A DNA stretch of 64,000 nucleotides, taken from contig JAFGQU010000013.1 in assembly GCA_016935525.1 (NCBI GenBank), positions 90,523 to 154,522 of the forward strand. Reading direction: 5' to 3'. The notes under the pieces were generated by a model. It saw only the letters and a program-made list of their open reading frames with translations. It was not told the origin of the DNA and ran no database searches. Made by a program: the position numbers and the translations under genes. Positions 1 through 10,367 of this stretch are shown here, in pieces (position 1 is the first letter of the stretch; each line of letters starts with the position of its first letter). The stretch comes from Candidatus Omnitrophota bacterium (GTDB taxonomy: Bacteria; Omnitrophota; Gorgyraeia; Duberdicusellales; 4484-171).

Positions 1-223
1 GGTTTCTGCGTAATATGGCCCGTAATATCGTGTCGTTCCTGGTGGAAGGAGGAGGATGCCGGATGTCTTTGGCCCGAGCCAGGGATGTGCTCGAAGGGAG
101 ATTCCCCTGGAAGAAGAAACCAGCTCCGGGGTACGGCCTGTATCTTTATAAAGTGAAATATTCCGGCTAAAGCGGAAAAAAAGCCTTTAAAATAAAGGAT
201 AATTGGCCGGAGATATTTGTGTG

Positions 224-252
224 TTGACAATTTTATAAGGCTCTGTTATGAT
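224..252 (+). promoter_or_regulatory. sigma70-type promoter of the mre operon (TTGACA-17nt-TATGAT)
   Basis: TTGACA at 224-229 and TATGAT at 247-252 with a 17-nt spacer, about 20 nt upstream of the mreB ATG at 271. Confidence 0.6.
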
Positions 253-270
253 TTTTATTAACTATTTGCT

Positions 271-1332
271 ATGGGACGCTTTACACAATATATCACAAAA
301 AGCATAAGTAGTTTCTTGGGAAGGTTTTCTAACGATGTAGGGATCGATCTGGGGACTGCAACTACGCTCGTCTATGTCCGGGGAGAAGGGATCATTCTTT
401 GTGAACCTTCGGTAGTGGCTATTTACAAAAATACCGGTGATGTGCTCGCGGTAGGCGAAGAAGCAAAGAAGATGTTAGGAAAGACTCCCGGGAGTATTGT
501 CGCGATACGTCCTTTAAAAGACGGAGTAATCGCCGATTTTAACATTACCGAAGAAATGTTGCGTTATTTTATCAAGAAAGCCCATTCCAGCCGTTTCCCT
601 ATCCGTCCCCGTATCGTAGTCGCTGTTCCTTCGGGTATTACCGAAGTAGAGAAACGGGCGGTAAAAGATTCGGCGATCCGTGCCGGAGCTCGCGAAGTGA
701 TACCGGTTGAAGAGCCGATTGCCGCCGCTATAGGAGTAGGCCTTCCTATCGCCGAACCGCAAGGAAATATGATCATCGATGTCGGCGGCGGGACGACCGA
801 GATCGCCGTGATTTCTCTTGGCGGTATCGTCTATGCCCGTTCGATCCGTGTCGGCGGCGATGAGATGGATGAAGCGGTCATGGAACATATGAAAAAGAAT
901 TATAATCTGATGATCGGAGAACGTACCGCGGAAGAAATAAAGATTAAAATAGGTTCAGCCTGGCCGTTAGATGAAGAGTTGATGATGGAAGTCCGCGGAC
1001 GGGATTTGATCACGGGGTTACCGAAGTTCACTCGTATTAATTCCGAAGAAATTAGAGAAGCGTTGCAGGCACCGTTAAGGGATATCGTTGAAGCCGCAAA
1101 GGTGACGTTAGAGAGGACTCCCCCGGAATTAGCCGCAGATCTGATCGAACGGGGAATCGTATTATGCGGCGGAGGGTCGATTTTGAAAGGTCTGGATAAA
1201 CTTATTTCGGAGGAGACCGGACTTGCCTGTTTTATTGCCGATGATCCTTTGACCGCGGTCGCCCAAGGAACCGGTAAGATTTTAGAAGAACCTAAGTTTT
1301 TAAAGAAGATCACGCTTGTTTCTACTTTCTAA
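271..1332 (+). CDS. mreB: rod shape-determining actin-like protein MreB
   Basis: 353 aa. The N-terminal GIDLGTATT phosphate-1 motif and the [11 protein letters not shown] and [11 protein letters not shown] motifs are typical of MreB/Hsp70-fold ATPases. It is the first gene of an mreBCD-mrdA-rodA operon. Confidence 0.95.
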   Translation: MGRFTQYITKSISSFLGRFSNDVGIDLGTATTLVYVRGEGIILCEPSVVAIYKNTGDVLAVGEEAKKMLGKTPGSIVAIRPLKDGVIADFNITEEMLRYFIKKAHSSRFPIRPRIVVAVPSGITEVEKRAVKDSAIRAGAREVIPVEEPIAAAIGVGLPIAEPQGNMIIDVGGGTTEIAVISLGGIVYARSIRVGGDEMDEAVMEHMKKNYNLMIGERTAEEIKIKIGSAWPLDEELMMEVRGRDLITGLPKFTRINSEEIREALQAPLRDIVEAAKVTLERTPPELAADLIERGIVLCGGGSILKGLDKLISEETGLACFIADDPLTAVAQGTGKILEEPKFLKKITLVSTF

Positions 1333-2038
1333 GTTTCGATATAAACTTGTCGGATACGTCCTCCTTTCCCTTTTCCTTTTCCTGATTTTTAAAGAGAGTA
1401 TGGGCGTTTTGTTTATTTTCATGTCCCAGGGGCTGATCCGGCCTCAGGCCGATATGTCTTTATTGAACGACCTTAAAATAGAGAACATGATCTTGTCGCT
1501 TAAAGTCGAAGAATTAGATAGTTTAGCTCAGGAAAACGAGAAATTAAGGAAAGCGTTAGAACTTAAAGAAGAAAATAACATTGTGGTCATTTATGGCCGG
1601 ATCTGGGGGTTTTCTCCTACAGCCTGGCGGAAGATCGCGTTCTGTAGTGCCGGCAAAAGGCAGAATACCCGAAAAGAAAGCCTGGTTATTACCGAGGATA
1701 AACTTTTAATCGGTAAAGTCAGCGAAGTATTCGAAAATTATAGTACTATTCTTTTAATAAACGACCCTTATTTCTCTTTGCCGGTATTTATCGAAAAGAA
1801 GGGTATGGGATTATTACAGGGGACGTTGAGCGGCCATCCCAAAGTCTTATATATCGAAGCCGGACAAAATGTCTCACCCGGCGATGCCCTTTTTACCAGT
1901 TCCCAATATGTCCCGTTCCAGATAAAAGTAGGCAGTGTCAGTACCGTTGCCGAAGATCCCGACGACTTTTTTCTTAGAGTGGAGGCGACTCCTGATGCGC
2001 ATATCTCGTCGACCAGAGATGTTTTTATTATCCAATGA
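1316..2038 (+). CDS. mreC: rod shape-determining protein MreC
   Basis: N-terminal TM helix, a coiled-coil segment ([25 protein letters not shown]), then a beta-rich domain. It sits between mreB and mreD and overlaps the end of mreB. Confidence 0.7.
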   Translation: MFLLSKFRYKLVGYVLLSLFLFLIFKESMGVLFIFMSQGLIRPQADMSLLNDLKIENMILSLKVEELDSLAQENEKLRKALELKEENNIVVIYGRIWGFSPTAWRKIAFCSAGKRQNTRKESLVITEDKLLIGKVSEVFENYSTILLINDPYFSLPVFIEKKGMGLLQGTLSGHPKVLYIEAGQNVSPGDALFTSSQYVPFQIKVGSVSTVAEDPDDFFLRVEATPDAHISSTRDVFIIQ

Positions 2039-2490
2039 GACCGGTATATCTAAAATTATCCGTTGCGCTTTTATTCCTTCTCGGTATAGACTTTTTAAAT
2101 CCTTTCTTGTTCTCGCTTAAAGCCGAACTGCTTTACCTGGGGATACTCTTTATCGCTTTTCATAGTCCTATTGAATTCGCGCTTACGAACGCTTTGGTGC
2201 TGGGTCTTGTGAAAGACCGGTTAGTCTTTGCGCCGTTTCCGTTTTATACCGTTTTTTTCCTCATCACCTGTATCGGGATAGGCTATTTCGTAAAACATTT
2301 CCATCCGCGGGTTATAGTGAAGACGTTAGGGATTGCCGGTATCCTTTTGCTCTATGGGCTGTATAATAGTATACTGGTAGGGCAATTAAGTGTTAAGTTG
2401 TTAAGCCTTTTTATACTACAATCGATCGCTCTTTATCATCTGCTTCATTACATTATGTTCCAATGGATACACGATTTCTCCACAGGATAA
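2035..2490 (+). CDS. mreD: rod shape-determining protein MreD (polytopic membrane protein)
   Basis: 151 aa and very hydrophobic with 4-5 TM helices. Its position between mreC and PBP2 and its 4-nt overlap with mreC support the call. Confidence 0.65.
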   Translation: MRPVYLKLSVALLFLLGIDFLNPFLFSLKAELLYLGILFIAFHSPIEFALTNALVLGLVKDRLVFAPFPFYTVFFLITCIGIGYFVKHFHPRVIVKTLGIAGILLLYGLYNSILVGQLSVKLLSLFILQSIALYHLLHYIMFQWIHDFSTG

Positions 2491-4157
2491 TATTAGTCGG
2501 TTTTTTCATCCTGGTAGCTACTTTTTTTTGTTACCAGATCCAGCAGGGGGATTATTACCTTGAAAAAGCGAGGAATAATTATATCAAAATCGTCCCCTTC
2601 CCTTCCATGCGGGGCCGGATTCTTGACCGGCAAGGGAAAGTGCTTGCCTATGATAGCCCTATCTTTACCATTGCTGTCGTCCCGTATCAGATACGCCAGG
2701 ACCGGGATACGTTTTTCGAAGAGGTCTCTCAAATAACCGGTCAGGAACGGACACAGATCGAAAGTACGTATCAAAAGAATTTTCTCAACGTATTCTCTCC
2801 GGTAGATATTATCGAGGATATTCCGAAAGAAAAAGCCCTCAAGATAAAAGAAAAACTTAAAGGGCAGGTCACTATAAGGGCGTTACCCAGGAGGACCTAC
2901 GCGTTTGGTTATGAATATTCCCATATCCTCGGGTACGTGAAAGATGCGAAAATCGTTTACCGGGATTTAAAAGAGTACGGATATTCTCCTTTTGAACGGA
3001 CCGGGGTGGGGGGGATAGAGCAGTATTACGATAGTTATCTGAAAGGGACCGACGGAGCTGATTTGATCGAGGTGAATTCTAAAGGAGAGATGGTCGGATT
3101 TTTAGGCAAGACCCAGAAAGCAAAAGGGAGCGACCTTTCGCTTACCATCGATTCCCGTCTGCAGGCGCTCGCGTATGAATGTCTCGAAGGTCACCGAGGC
3201 GTCCTCATCTTGATGAACGCAAAAAACGGAGAGATGCTGGCTCTTGTTTCTCATCCTTCCTATAATGTGAACGATTTTTTAGAGGGTAAACACGTGTCGG
3301 CTATTCTTCATGATCGTAACAAACCGTTGATCAACCGGGCTATTCAGGCGAGATACCCTCCCGGTTCTCTATTCAAACCGCTGTTGGCGCTTGCCGCGCT
3401 CCAGGAGAAGGAAATAACTCCCCGGACTACTTTTTTCTGTAACGGAGGGATTTCTTACGGAAACGTATTTTTCGGCTGTACGAAACATCATGGTGATGAG
3501 AATATTTATCAAGCGTTAAGCCACTCCTGTAACGTGTATTTTTATAATATCGGGTTACTGTTAAAAGTAGAGAAATTAGCTCATTGGGCAAAACTGTTCC
3601 GTTTAGACCAGGAATGTTTTATCGATCTGCCTTATGAAAAAAAGGGACTTGTGCCTGACCGAAGATGGAAACGCCGAAAAAAGGGGACATCCTGGTTCGG
3701 AGGAGATACCCTGAATTTTTCTATCGGCCAGGGGTTTTTCGAAATCACGCCCCTGCGGGCCGCGGTGATGATGAACGTGTTCGCCTCGGGCGGAGAAATA
3801 GTGTTTCCGCATATCGGCCGGTTGATCGAGAATACCGAAATTCCTCATCGTAGCAGTATTCCGCTTAACGTATCCCCGGAAAACATCGCGATCGTTCGCC
3901 AGGGATTACGCAGGACCGTCTCTGACCCCGAAGGGACCGCTCATCTGTTGAATGAATTGGGATTGAAGATATCCGGTAAAACCGGAACGGCCCAGACCGG
4001 CCGGGAAGAATCACACGGATGGTTTGCCGGATTTTTTCCCTATAAAGGCTCCGAATATACAATATGTGTCTTTTTGGAATACGGGAAATCAAGCGCCGTG
4101 GCCGTAAAAGTAGCGTACCATTTCCTGGAACAATTGAAAGAAAAAGACCTGTTATGA
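2463..4157 (+). CDS. mrdA: penicillin-binding protein 2 (elongasome transpeptidase)
   Basis: 564 aa with an N-terminal TM anchor. The transpeptidase motifs are present: SLFK (SxxK), SHSCN (SxN) and KTGTA. The gene lies directly upstream of rodA. Confidence 0.9.
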   Translation: MDTRFLHRIILVGFFILVATFFCYQIQQGDYYLEKARNNYIKIVPFPSMRGRILDRQGKVLAYDSPIFTIAVVPYQIRQDRDTFFEEVSQITGQERTQIESTYQKNFLNVFSPVDIIEDIPKEKALKIKEKLKGQVTIRALPRRTYAFGYEYSHILGYVKDAKIVYRDLKEYGYSPFERTGVGGIEQYYDSYLKGTDGADLIEVNSKGEMVGFLGKTQKAKGSDLSLTIDSRLQALAYECLEGHRGVLILMNAKNGEMLALVSHPSYNVNDFLEGKHVSAILHDRNKPLINRAIQARYPPGSLFKPLLALAALQEKEITPRTTFFCNGGISYGNVFFGCTKHHGDENIYQALSHSCNVYFYNIGLLLKVEKLAHWAKLFRLDQECFIDLPYEKKGLVPDRRWKRRKKGTSWFGGDTLNFSIGQGFFEITPLRAAVMMNVFASGGEIVFPHIGRLIENTEIPHRSSIPLNVSPENIAIVRQGLRRTVSDPEGTAHLLNELGLKISGKTGTAQTGREESHGWFAGFFPYKGSEYTICVFLEYGKSSAVAVKVAYHFLEQLKEKDLL

Positions 4158-5230
4158 AGAAAAACGCGCTTATGATCATCGGGTGTGTTCTCATCCTTAA
4201 TGTGTTGAGTATTCTTTGTCTGTATAGCTCGTTGCATCAGGCGGGAGAATTTGTCCATAAAGATATTTTTTATAAACAGATCGTCTGGATCGCCGTTTCC
4301 TGGATCGTCGTCGGTATCGTGGGGTTTATCAACTACCGGGTATATTTCGATTTTAGTTTTATTATTTACGGAATAAGTCTGGGGTTATTGATCGCGGTCA
4401 AGTTTTTCGGTAGAGAAGTGATGGGGGCTAAACGGTGGTTTTCGTTTTTAGGGGTAAATTTTCAACCTTCGGAATTTGCTAAACTGGCGATTTTGATCCT
4501 TTTGGCCCGGTTTTTCTGGCTGAAACGAGAAGAACGAAACCTGTTTCTCAAAAAAGTAATGGCGCCGTTAGGATTGGTATTCGTAAGTTTCCTGTTGATC
4601 TTTACACAACCGGATCTGGGTACGGGACTGGTCTGTGTGCTTTTATTTTTTATCATGGGTTTTTCGTCGCGTATCCCTAAAAAATATTTTTTTGTTCTTC
4701 TGATTTCCGGGATGATCCTTGCTCCGTTTGGCTGGAATGTCCTTAAAGATTATCAAAAGAAACGGTTACTGGTGTTTTTGAACCCGAATATCGAACCGTG
4801 GGGGGCGGGATATACCATTATTCAGTCTAAGATCGCTATCGGATCCGGCCGGATCACCGGAAAAGGATTTTTGGGCGGTACTCAAAACCAGTTCAATTTT
4901 CTTCCCGAACGGCATACCGATTTTATTTTCACGGTATTGGCTGAAGAATGGGGATTTCTCGGCGGATTGTTTCTTGTGATCGTCTACTACCTGATATTGA
5001 GGAATATCCTGATGATCGCGCGCGGAGCAAAAGATGAGTTCGGTTATTTTTTAGCGATAGGGGTAGGTTCGTTATATTTTTTACATATTTTTGTTAATAT
5101 GGGAATGACGATGGGGATCCTTCCGGTAGTAGGTATCCCGCTGCTTTTTTTGAGTTATGGCGGGACCCATATGATGATGACATTTGTCCTTCTGGGGATT
5201 GTGTTTAATATCACCCGGCAACAGAGCTAG
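4154..5230 (+). CDS. rodA: peptidoglycan glycosyltransferase RodA (SEDS family)
   Basis: Start chosen at ATG 4154, which overlaps the mrdA stop as ATGA. It has about 10 TM helices and FtsW/RodA/SpoVE-type motifs (GxxxNGAKRW-like region, PESHTDFIF). Confidence 0.9.
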   Translation: MKKNALMIIGCVLILNVLSILCLYSSLHQAGEFVHKDIFYKQIVWIAVSWIVVGIVGFINYRVYFDFSFIIYGISLGLLIAVKFFGREVMGAKRWFSFLGVNFQPSEFAKLAILILLARFFWLKREERNLFLKKVMAPLGLVFVSFLLIFTQPDLGTGLVCVLLFFIMGFSSRIPKKYFFVLLISGMILAPFGWNVLKDYQKKRLLVFLNPNIEPWGAGYTIIQSKIAIGSGRITGKGFLGGTQNQFNFLPERHTDFIFTVLAEEWGFLGGLFLVIVYYLILRNILMIARGAKDEFGYFLAIGVGSLYFLHIFVNMGMTMGILPVVGIPLLFLSYGGTHMMMTFVLLGIVFNITRQQS

Positions 5231-5238
5231 AACCAAAG

Positions 5239-5331
5239 TCACAAGGTCACATAGTCACATGTCACACGTTGAAACCAGATTCAGGGGGAAATATTCTTTT
5301 ACGTGTGACTATGTGTCGTGTGACGTGTGAC
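5239..5331. repeat. GTCACA-array inverted repeat (long imperfect hairpin) between rodA and the radical SAM gene
   Basis: Left arm: gtcacaaggtcacatagtcacatgtcacacgt. Right arm: acgtgtgactatgtgtcgtgtgacgtgtgac. Arms are about 30 nt with a loop of about 30 nt. Confidence 0.8.
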
Positions 5332-5342
5332 TTTCGTAAATT

Positions 5343-6983
5343 ATGGATTGGGCTCAATTTCAAAAACCTCAACGGTATATAGGTAATGAATGGAACGCAG
5401 TCTCTAAACCTCATGACGGCAGGCTGAAAATCTGTCTATGTTTTCCGGACCTGTATGAGGTGGGGATGAGTAATCTGGGGTTAAGGATCATTTACGGCCT
5501 GATCAATGAATATGAATCGGCGGTATGCGAACGGGTATTCCTGCCGGCTCCCGATCTAGCCGGATATCTTACACAGACCGGGACCAAGCTGTTTTCTTTG
5601 GAAAGTAAGGCCGCTTTGGATACGTTCGATGTAGTAGGTTTCCATTTAGGATGTGAATTGAATTTTACTAATTTTCTGGCTGTATTAGAACTTGCCGGTA
5701 TCCCTTTTGAACCTTCTCGGCGTCGTGATATCATCGTGATGGCCGGAGGATTGGTCAATCCTGAGCCAATCGCGCCTTTTGTCGATGTGTTTTTTTTAGG
5801 CGAGTTTGAAGCAAAAGCCGAGGAGTTTATGGAAGTGTTGAAACGCTATAAAGGCCGTGAGGCACGTTTAGAGGCGTTTGCTCATATCGAAGGGTTTTAT
5901 GTGCCGGCTTATTATGAGGTCGCGACGGGAGAGGGAGGGGCCCGTTTGGTACCGAAAACCCCTAGTGTGCAATTTCCGCTTAAAAAAGTGCATGTAAAAG
6001 ATCTGAATACTTCTTATTATCCTACCCGCTGGCTTACTCCTTATACTCAGATCGTGCATGATCGGGCACCGATTGAGATCGCTCGGGGATGTCCCCACCA
6101 CTGTTATTTTTGTCAGGCCCGGTGTGTATATTTCCCTTATCGTGAAAAAAAAACGGAATACGTGTTAACCCAGATGGAAGAGATATACGCATCAAGCGGT
6201 TATGAGAATCTTTCTTTATTGGCTCTTTCAGCATCGCATCACTCTCAAATAGAAGAGATCATCGACGGGGCCGGGAAATTATTTAAGGAAAAGCGGGTAG
6301 GGATCGCGCTCCCTTCATTACGGGTCGATGATATCGTCGGCCGGTTATATCCCCGCCTGGCGGCATTGAAAAAAGTTTCGCTCACTCTTGCCGTTGAAGC
6401 CGCGACCGTCGAGTTACGGGAAAAAATCAACAAACATATTGATGTCGACGCGGTCTTTGAAGCCAGAGATGTGTTACGGTCGCTGCGTCTGCGCACTATC
6501 AAGCTCTATTTTATGTTCGGGTTACCCGGGGAGACTGATGAGGATGTGGTCGCGATCGCTCAGATGATCCGTAGCTTTCAGAGGGCGTTAGGGGTAAAAG
6601 TGAACGCGAGTATCAACATCTTTATCCCTAAACCTTTTTCCCGGTTCCAGGATGTCGCTATGGATAGCCCCGAAAACTTGAGGCGTAAACGGCAGTTGAT
6701 CCAAAAAGAGTTGGGTTCGTTTCCTTTACGACGGTACCATATTTCATTTTCGACCCAGGAACGCAGTTTCCTGGAAGCGGTCCTTTCCCGGGCCGGGAGA
6801 GAGATCGCTCCGGTGATCTTCCGGGCGTTTGTCGCGGGAGCGCGGTCCGATTCCTGTGAGGAGACCTTTCGTTGGGATATCTGGGAGGAGGCGTTCCGAG
6901 ATGAAAAAATAGATTTCCGGCAGTATACCACATCGGTACATCCGCGGTTCAATCCTCACTATACCGCGGGAGGAGCCGTATGA
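5343..6983 (+). CDS. B12-binding-domain radical SAM protein (TIGR03960-like)
   Basis: 546 aa. CPHHCYFCQARC supplies a CxxxCxxC radical SAM cluster motif. The N-terminal region is consistent with a cobalamin-binding-like domain. It is followed by its usual partner, the DUF2344 protein. Confidence 0.75.
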   Translation: MDWAQFQKPQRYIGNEWNAVSKPHDGRLKICLCFPDLYEVGMSNLGLRIIYGLINEYESAVCERVFLPAPDLAGYLTQTGTKLFSLESKAALDTFDVVGFHLGCELNFTNFLAVLELAGIPFEPSRRRDIIVMAGGLVNPEPIAPFVDVFFLGEFEAKAEEFMEVLKRYKGREARLEAFAHIEGFYVPAYYEVATGEGGARLVPKTPSVQFPLKKVHVKDLNTSYYPTRWLTPYTQIVHDRAPIEIARGCPHHCYFCQARCVYFPYREKKTEYVLTQMEEIYASSGYENLSLLALSASHHSQIEEIIDGAGKLFKEKRVGIALPSLRVDDIVGRLYPRLAALKKVSLTLAVEAATVELREKINKHIDVDAVFEARDVLRSLRLRTIKLYFMFGLPGETDEDVVAIAQMIRSFQRALGVKVNASINIFIPKPFSRFQDVAMDSPENLRRKRQLIQKELGSFPLRRYHISFSTQERSFLEAVLSRAGREIAPVIFRAFVAGARSDSCEETFRWDIWEEAFRDEKIDFRQYTTSVHPRFNPHYTAGGAV

Positions 6984-7264
6984 ACACATTGAAGGTGACT
7001 ATCCAGAAAAGCGGGTTAATGCGTTATTATTCTCAACTCGACCTGGTACGCATTCTTGAACGAGCGGCCCGACGGACAGACCTTCCTTTTGCCTTCACGC
7101 AAGGATTTACTCCGCGCCTTAAAATAAGTTTCCATAACGGCCTCAAACTGGGAGTGGAAGGAGATATCCTGGCCACTTTTTATTTTCATGAAGAGACCTC
7201 TTTTGTGCGGTTAGAGGAAAACCTCTTACCGCAATTGCCGCACGGACTCATCCTTAAACCATAG
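6980..7264 (+). CDS. radical SAM-associated DUF2344 (TIGR03936-like) protein
   Basis: 94 aa. It overlaps the upstream radical SAM gene by 4 nt. This small protein is commonly encoded with, or fused to, TIGR03960 radical SAM enzymes. Confidence 0.55.
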   Translation: MNTLKVTIQKSGLMRYYSQLDLVRILERAARRTDLPFAFTQGFTPRLKISFHNGLKLGVEGDILATFYFHEETSFVRLEENLLPQLPHGLILKP

Positions 7265-7327
7265 GCTTTGAAAAAACCGGATTGTAAAGTGAAGGAATCA
7301 AAGTTGACGTATCATCCGACCTTGATC

Positions 7328-7690
7328 TCAACGGATAAGATAACGAGCGGTCATTTTTTTCGCTTTAAAGAATTTACGGGTGAATTCCTTGGCGAGTTCC
7401 TTATTGTATTTCTTGCAGGAAAAGATATTGATGTATGCCGACCGCCAGAGGTCTGAGAAATGGCCGGTGATAGATGAGGTTTCGATCAGCTGGACTAACG
7501 AATAACCTGCGGTGACCGGGTTCTTTTCGCCGAAGTAAGGTAATAGAGTCTTGCCGTACTTCTTCATTTTGATCTTTTTGCATAACAGGTCGACATATTT
7601 CTGTAATTGTTTTTTCGAGGTGATGATGCTCTTGTCGCATTCAAAAAGATTCAATACCAGTTCGTACCCAAAAGGAGCTCGTTTCTTCAT
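7328..7690 (-). CDS. speH: S-adenosylmethionine decarboxylase proenzyme, pyruvoyl-dependent (class 1, SpeH/SpeD-like)
   Basis: 120 aa. The pattern YELVLNLFECD ... LVQLIETSSITGHF ... AYINIFSCKK matches AdoMetDC: GxELxxCD, the ES/SH self-cleavage site, and the FSCG-like C-terminal region. The gene is on the minus strand. Confidence 0.65.
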   Translation of the reverse strand: MKKRAPFGYELVLNLFECDKSIITSKKQLQKYVDLLCKKIKMKKYGKTLLPYFGEKNPVTAGYSLVQLIETSSITGHFSDLWRSAYINIFSCKKYNKELAKEFTRKFFKAKKMTARYLIR

Positions 7691-8052
7691 GTTACCCCCT
7701 TTCTAGCGTACCTGTTTCCATTACGCTGAAATGTGGTTGTGCGGGTTGTGATACCGCGCTTTTAAAAATAAACTACTACTTTCTCCCGGGAAAAATACTG
7801 AAGAAAAATAACTGGTTTTTTTTGTGTGTAGGGAAATTTTTTTTATCTGGGAAGGAAAATCACGAATCAGAACGCGCCACAGTGTTTCTGTAACACGTAG
7901 GTCAGAACAATTGACGCTATTGTTAATGGAACAATTTGCGTTTTTGGTACAAAAGTTTTTTTTCATTCCCTCTGATCTGGTCTTGCATAAAATTCGTAAT
8001 TTTCTATATAATAAACCAAAATTAAAAATTTAGCAAGAGAAAAATTAAATTT

Positions 8053-8080
8053 TTGTCGATCTCCATATCTTTGATATAAT
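8053..8080 (+). promoter_or_regulatory. candidate sigma70 promoter (TTGTCG-16nt-TATAAT) for the ykgJ-like/GH5 genes
   Basis: TATAAT at 8075-8080 with a weak -35 at 8053-8058, about 40 nt upstream of the ATG at 8121. Confidence 0.35.
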
Positions 8081-8120
8081 AGCCTTTGTCTGGAAAGGAT
8101 CCTTTGGTAAGGACTCAATA

Positions 8121-8420
8121 ATGGATACTCAAGAAAAGTATACTCAATATCTCGAGAAGAAAGAACAGGAATGGGAAAACCGGTGTATTCGTTGCGGAGC
8201 CTGTTGCGGGGCGTATGAGGACCCTTGCGAGCATTTGCGTAAGGACGAACAGGGGTATTATTGTCCGATCTATAAAGACCGTTTCGGCCTGCGTAAGACC
8301 GTCAACGGCGAGGAGTTCTACTGCGTCCCGGTGAAAGAGATCCTTTCGGAATCCTGGCCGGGTTCATATCGCTGTGCCTATAAAAAGAAAGCACATTATT
8401 ATGCCAGATCACGTAAATGA
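8121..8420 (+). CDS. YkgJ-family (UPF0153) Cys-rich putative Zn/Fe-binding protein
   Basis: 99 aa with a CIRCGACCG (CxxCGxCC) signature and further Cys residues (CEH, CPIY, CVP). Confidence 0.55.
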   Translation: MDTQEKYTQYLEKKEQEWENRCIRCGACCGAYEDPCEHLRKDEQGYYCPIYKDRFGLRKTVNGEEFYCVPVKEILSESWPGSYRCAYKKKAHYYARSRK

Positions 8421-9735
8421 AGCCCCATCCGGGCTTCCCGAACATATCGGGATCCCGCTGGATAAACATGTTGGGGTGAGGGAAAAGCCCGGGGTTCCTT
8501 TGGGGCGGAATCCTCGCCACCTCCATCCACGGCCTGAAGGCCGTGGTTTTAAGCGGCGGGATAGATGGCCTTTCCGGTTACGCGGAGTCAATCTGGGAGG
8601 ATGGCTGTTAATGGAGGGATATCTTTTGGCGGGGAGGAATATTGCCGTAAAAGAGATAAAATCCCAGTTTAAAAAGCAATATGGGCCACAGGAGTTAGAG
8701 AAATTCGAGAAAGCGTTTCGTACGAATTTTATTACCGAGGACGATTTTAAGACTATCAGCCGATGGGGAGCTAATTGTATCCGGGTACCGTTTCATTACC
8801 GTCTTTTAGAAAAAGGCCCGTTCCGTCAGAATACACAGGGGATACGGTTATTGGGAAAAGTCCTGGATTGGGCTGGAAATCACGGATTAAAAGTCATTCT
8901 TGACCTTCATGCCGCGCCCGGGGCGCAGAATCACGATTGGCACGCGGATTCGACCGGTGAAGCCCTGTTTTGGCAGGACGTATCGCTGCGGGAAAGATGT
9001 CTTGAGATATGGGAGTGTATCGTTGATCAGCTGAAAGATAAACCGGCCCTTTACGGGTATGATGTATTGAACGAACCGGTCCTGGATAAAAGGGAGATAC
9101 CTCAATTGACCCGGTTTTATTCCCGGCTCATCCGGAGTATAAAAAGTATCGATAAAGATCATACTATTTTCCTGGAAGGTAATCTCTGGGCGACCCAGAT
9201 CGATTTTTTGAAAGATCTGATTGCCGAAAGAGTCGCGATCAGTATCCATTCCTATGTTCCCCTGGATTACAGTTTTCAATTCATACCGTATTTGAGGTAT
9301 CCGGGTACAATCGGTTCCGAGAAATGGGATAAAAAGAAAATATTTAAATGTCTTCAAGGGTACCATGCTTTCGCTCAAAAGAACAAAGTCGACATATTCG
9401 TGGGTGAATTCGGCGTGAATTGGCGCGGCGGTCATTACGGTGAAGGCCGGTATCTTAAAGATATCCTTGACGCGTTTGAGCAGTATAAGTTCCATTATAC
9501 GTATTGGACGTATAAAGCGATAAAGACTTATACGTTTCCCGATGGGATAGTCCAATATCTGCCTAATCCTCCAAGTGTATGCCGCCAGGGCCCGGTTTCG
9601 GGGATGGAAACGTACATTACCCTGTGGGGGAAAAAGAAAAACGATATTATTAATACTTGGAAGACGAAAAACTATACCGTCAATGAAGGGGTACTTGAGG
9701 TCTTACAGACTTATTTCCAAAGGAATAAAAAATGA
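8401..9735 (+). CDS. glycoside hydrolase family 5 (cellulase-like) protein
   Basis: GVNLGGWLLMEGY, the NEP acid/base motif (DVLNEP) and the GEFG nucleophile motif (VGEFGV) are all present. Start taken at ATG 8401; a GTG further downstream is also possible. No signal peptide was seen. Confidence 0.7.
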   Translation: MPDHVNEAPSGLPEHIGIPLDKHVGVREKPGVPLGRNPRHLHPRPEGRGFKRRDRWPFRLRGVNLGGWLLMEGYLLAGRNIAVKEIKSQFKKQYGPQELEKFEKAFRTNFITEDDFKTISRWGANCIRVPFHYRLLEKGPFRQNTQGIRLLGKVLDWAGNHGLKVILDLHAAPGAQNHDWHADSTGEALFWQDVSLRERCLEIWECIVDQLKDKPALYGYDVLNEPVLDKREIPQLTRFYSRLIRSIKSIDKDHTIFLEGNLWATQIDFLKDLIAERVAISIHSYVPLDYSFQFIPYLRYPGTIGSEKWDKKKIFKCLQGYHAFAQKNKVDIFVGEFGVNWRGGHYGEGRYLKDILDAFEQYKFHYTYWTYKAIKTYTFPDGIVQYLPNPPSVCRQGPVSGMETYITLWGKKKNDIINTWKTKNYTVNEGVLEVLQTYFQRNKK

Positions 9736-10367
9736 AAGTCGTTCCGGCACTTTTGACTGATAATAAAGATGAATTCCTGAAAATGATCGATATCTGCCGG
9801 GGATTCACCGATTACGTGCAGGTGGATATCATGGACGGAGAATTCGTGCCGTCGGCAAGTATCACACTCGATGAGTTAACCCAATGCCGGTCTTCGATAG
9901 GAAGTGAGGCCCATTTGATGGTCGAGGACCCTATCCGGTGGATTGTGCCGTTTAAACAGTTTGGTGCCGACCGTATTATCTTTCATCATGAGATGAAAAG
10001 GAAAAACCATGCTGAGGTTATCGAGAAGATCCGCGAGAATGGGTTAAGCGCGGGGCTTGCCGTCAATCCCTCGACCCCAATAGACGATTTTAAAGGCCTT
10101 ATTCCCGATCTCGATATGGTGTTATTTATGAGTGTCATCCCCGGTTTTTACGGCAGTCAGTTTATCCCCGAGGTACTCGATAAGATCCGTACATTCAAAT
10201 CCCTGTTTCCTCAAACCATAGCCGCGATCGACGGGGGCGTCAAGTTAGATAATGCCAAGGAGATCATCCGGTCAGGTGTGGATTATCTTTGTGTGGGCAG
10301 CGCGTTATTAAAAGCGGACCCGCCTCAGGACGCCTACCGCCAGTTCAGGGAATTAACTCATGGGTAA
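9732..10367 (+). CDS. rpe: ribulose-phosphate 3-epimerase family protein
   Basis: 211 aa TIM barrel. The motifs VDIMDG, HLMVEDP, FHHE, GLAVNPSTP and AIDGG match Rpe-type metal-binding and phosphate-binding residues. Confidence 0.7.
   Translation: MKVVPALLTDNKDEFLKMIDICRGFTDYVQVDIMDGEFVPSASITLDELTQCRSSIGSEAHLMVEDPIRWIVPFKQFGADRIIFHHEMKRKNHAEVIEKIRENGLSAGLAVNPSTPIDDFKGLIPDLDMVLFMSVIPGFYGSQFIPEVLDKIRTFKSLFPQTIAAIDGGVKLDNAKEIIRSGVDYLCVGSALLKADPPQDAYRQFRELTHG

Noticed and set aside
1-170. Possible 3' end of an upstream + strand gene (frame 3 open to the TAA at 168-170)
   Set aside because: It is only about 55 codons with no recognisable motif, and it is absent from the ORF track. That is too little evidence to call a CDS.
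514-1313. Minus-strand ORFs (124, 70 and 137 aa) inside mreB
   Set aside because: They are antisense to a highly conserved MreB coding frame. Their translations are low-complexity, they have no RBS and show no homology by eye.
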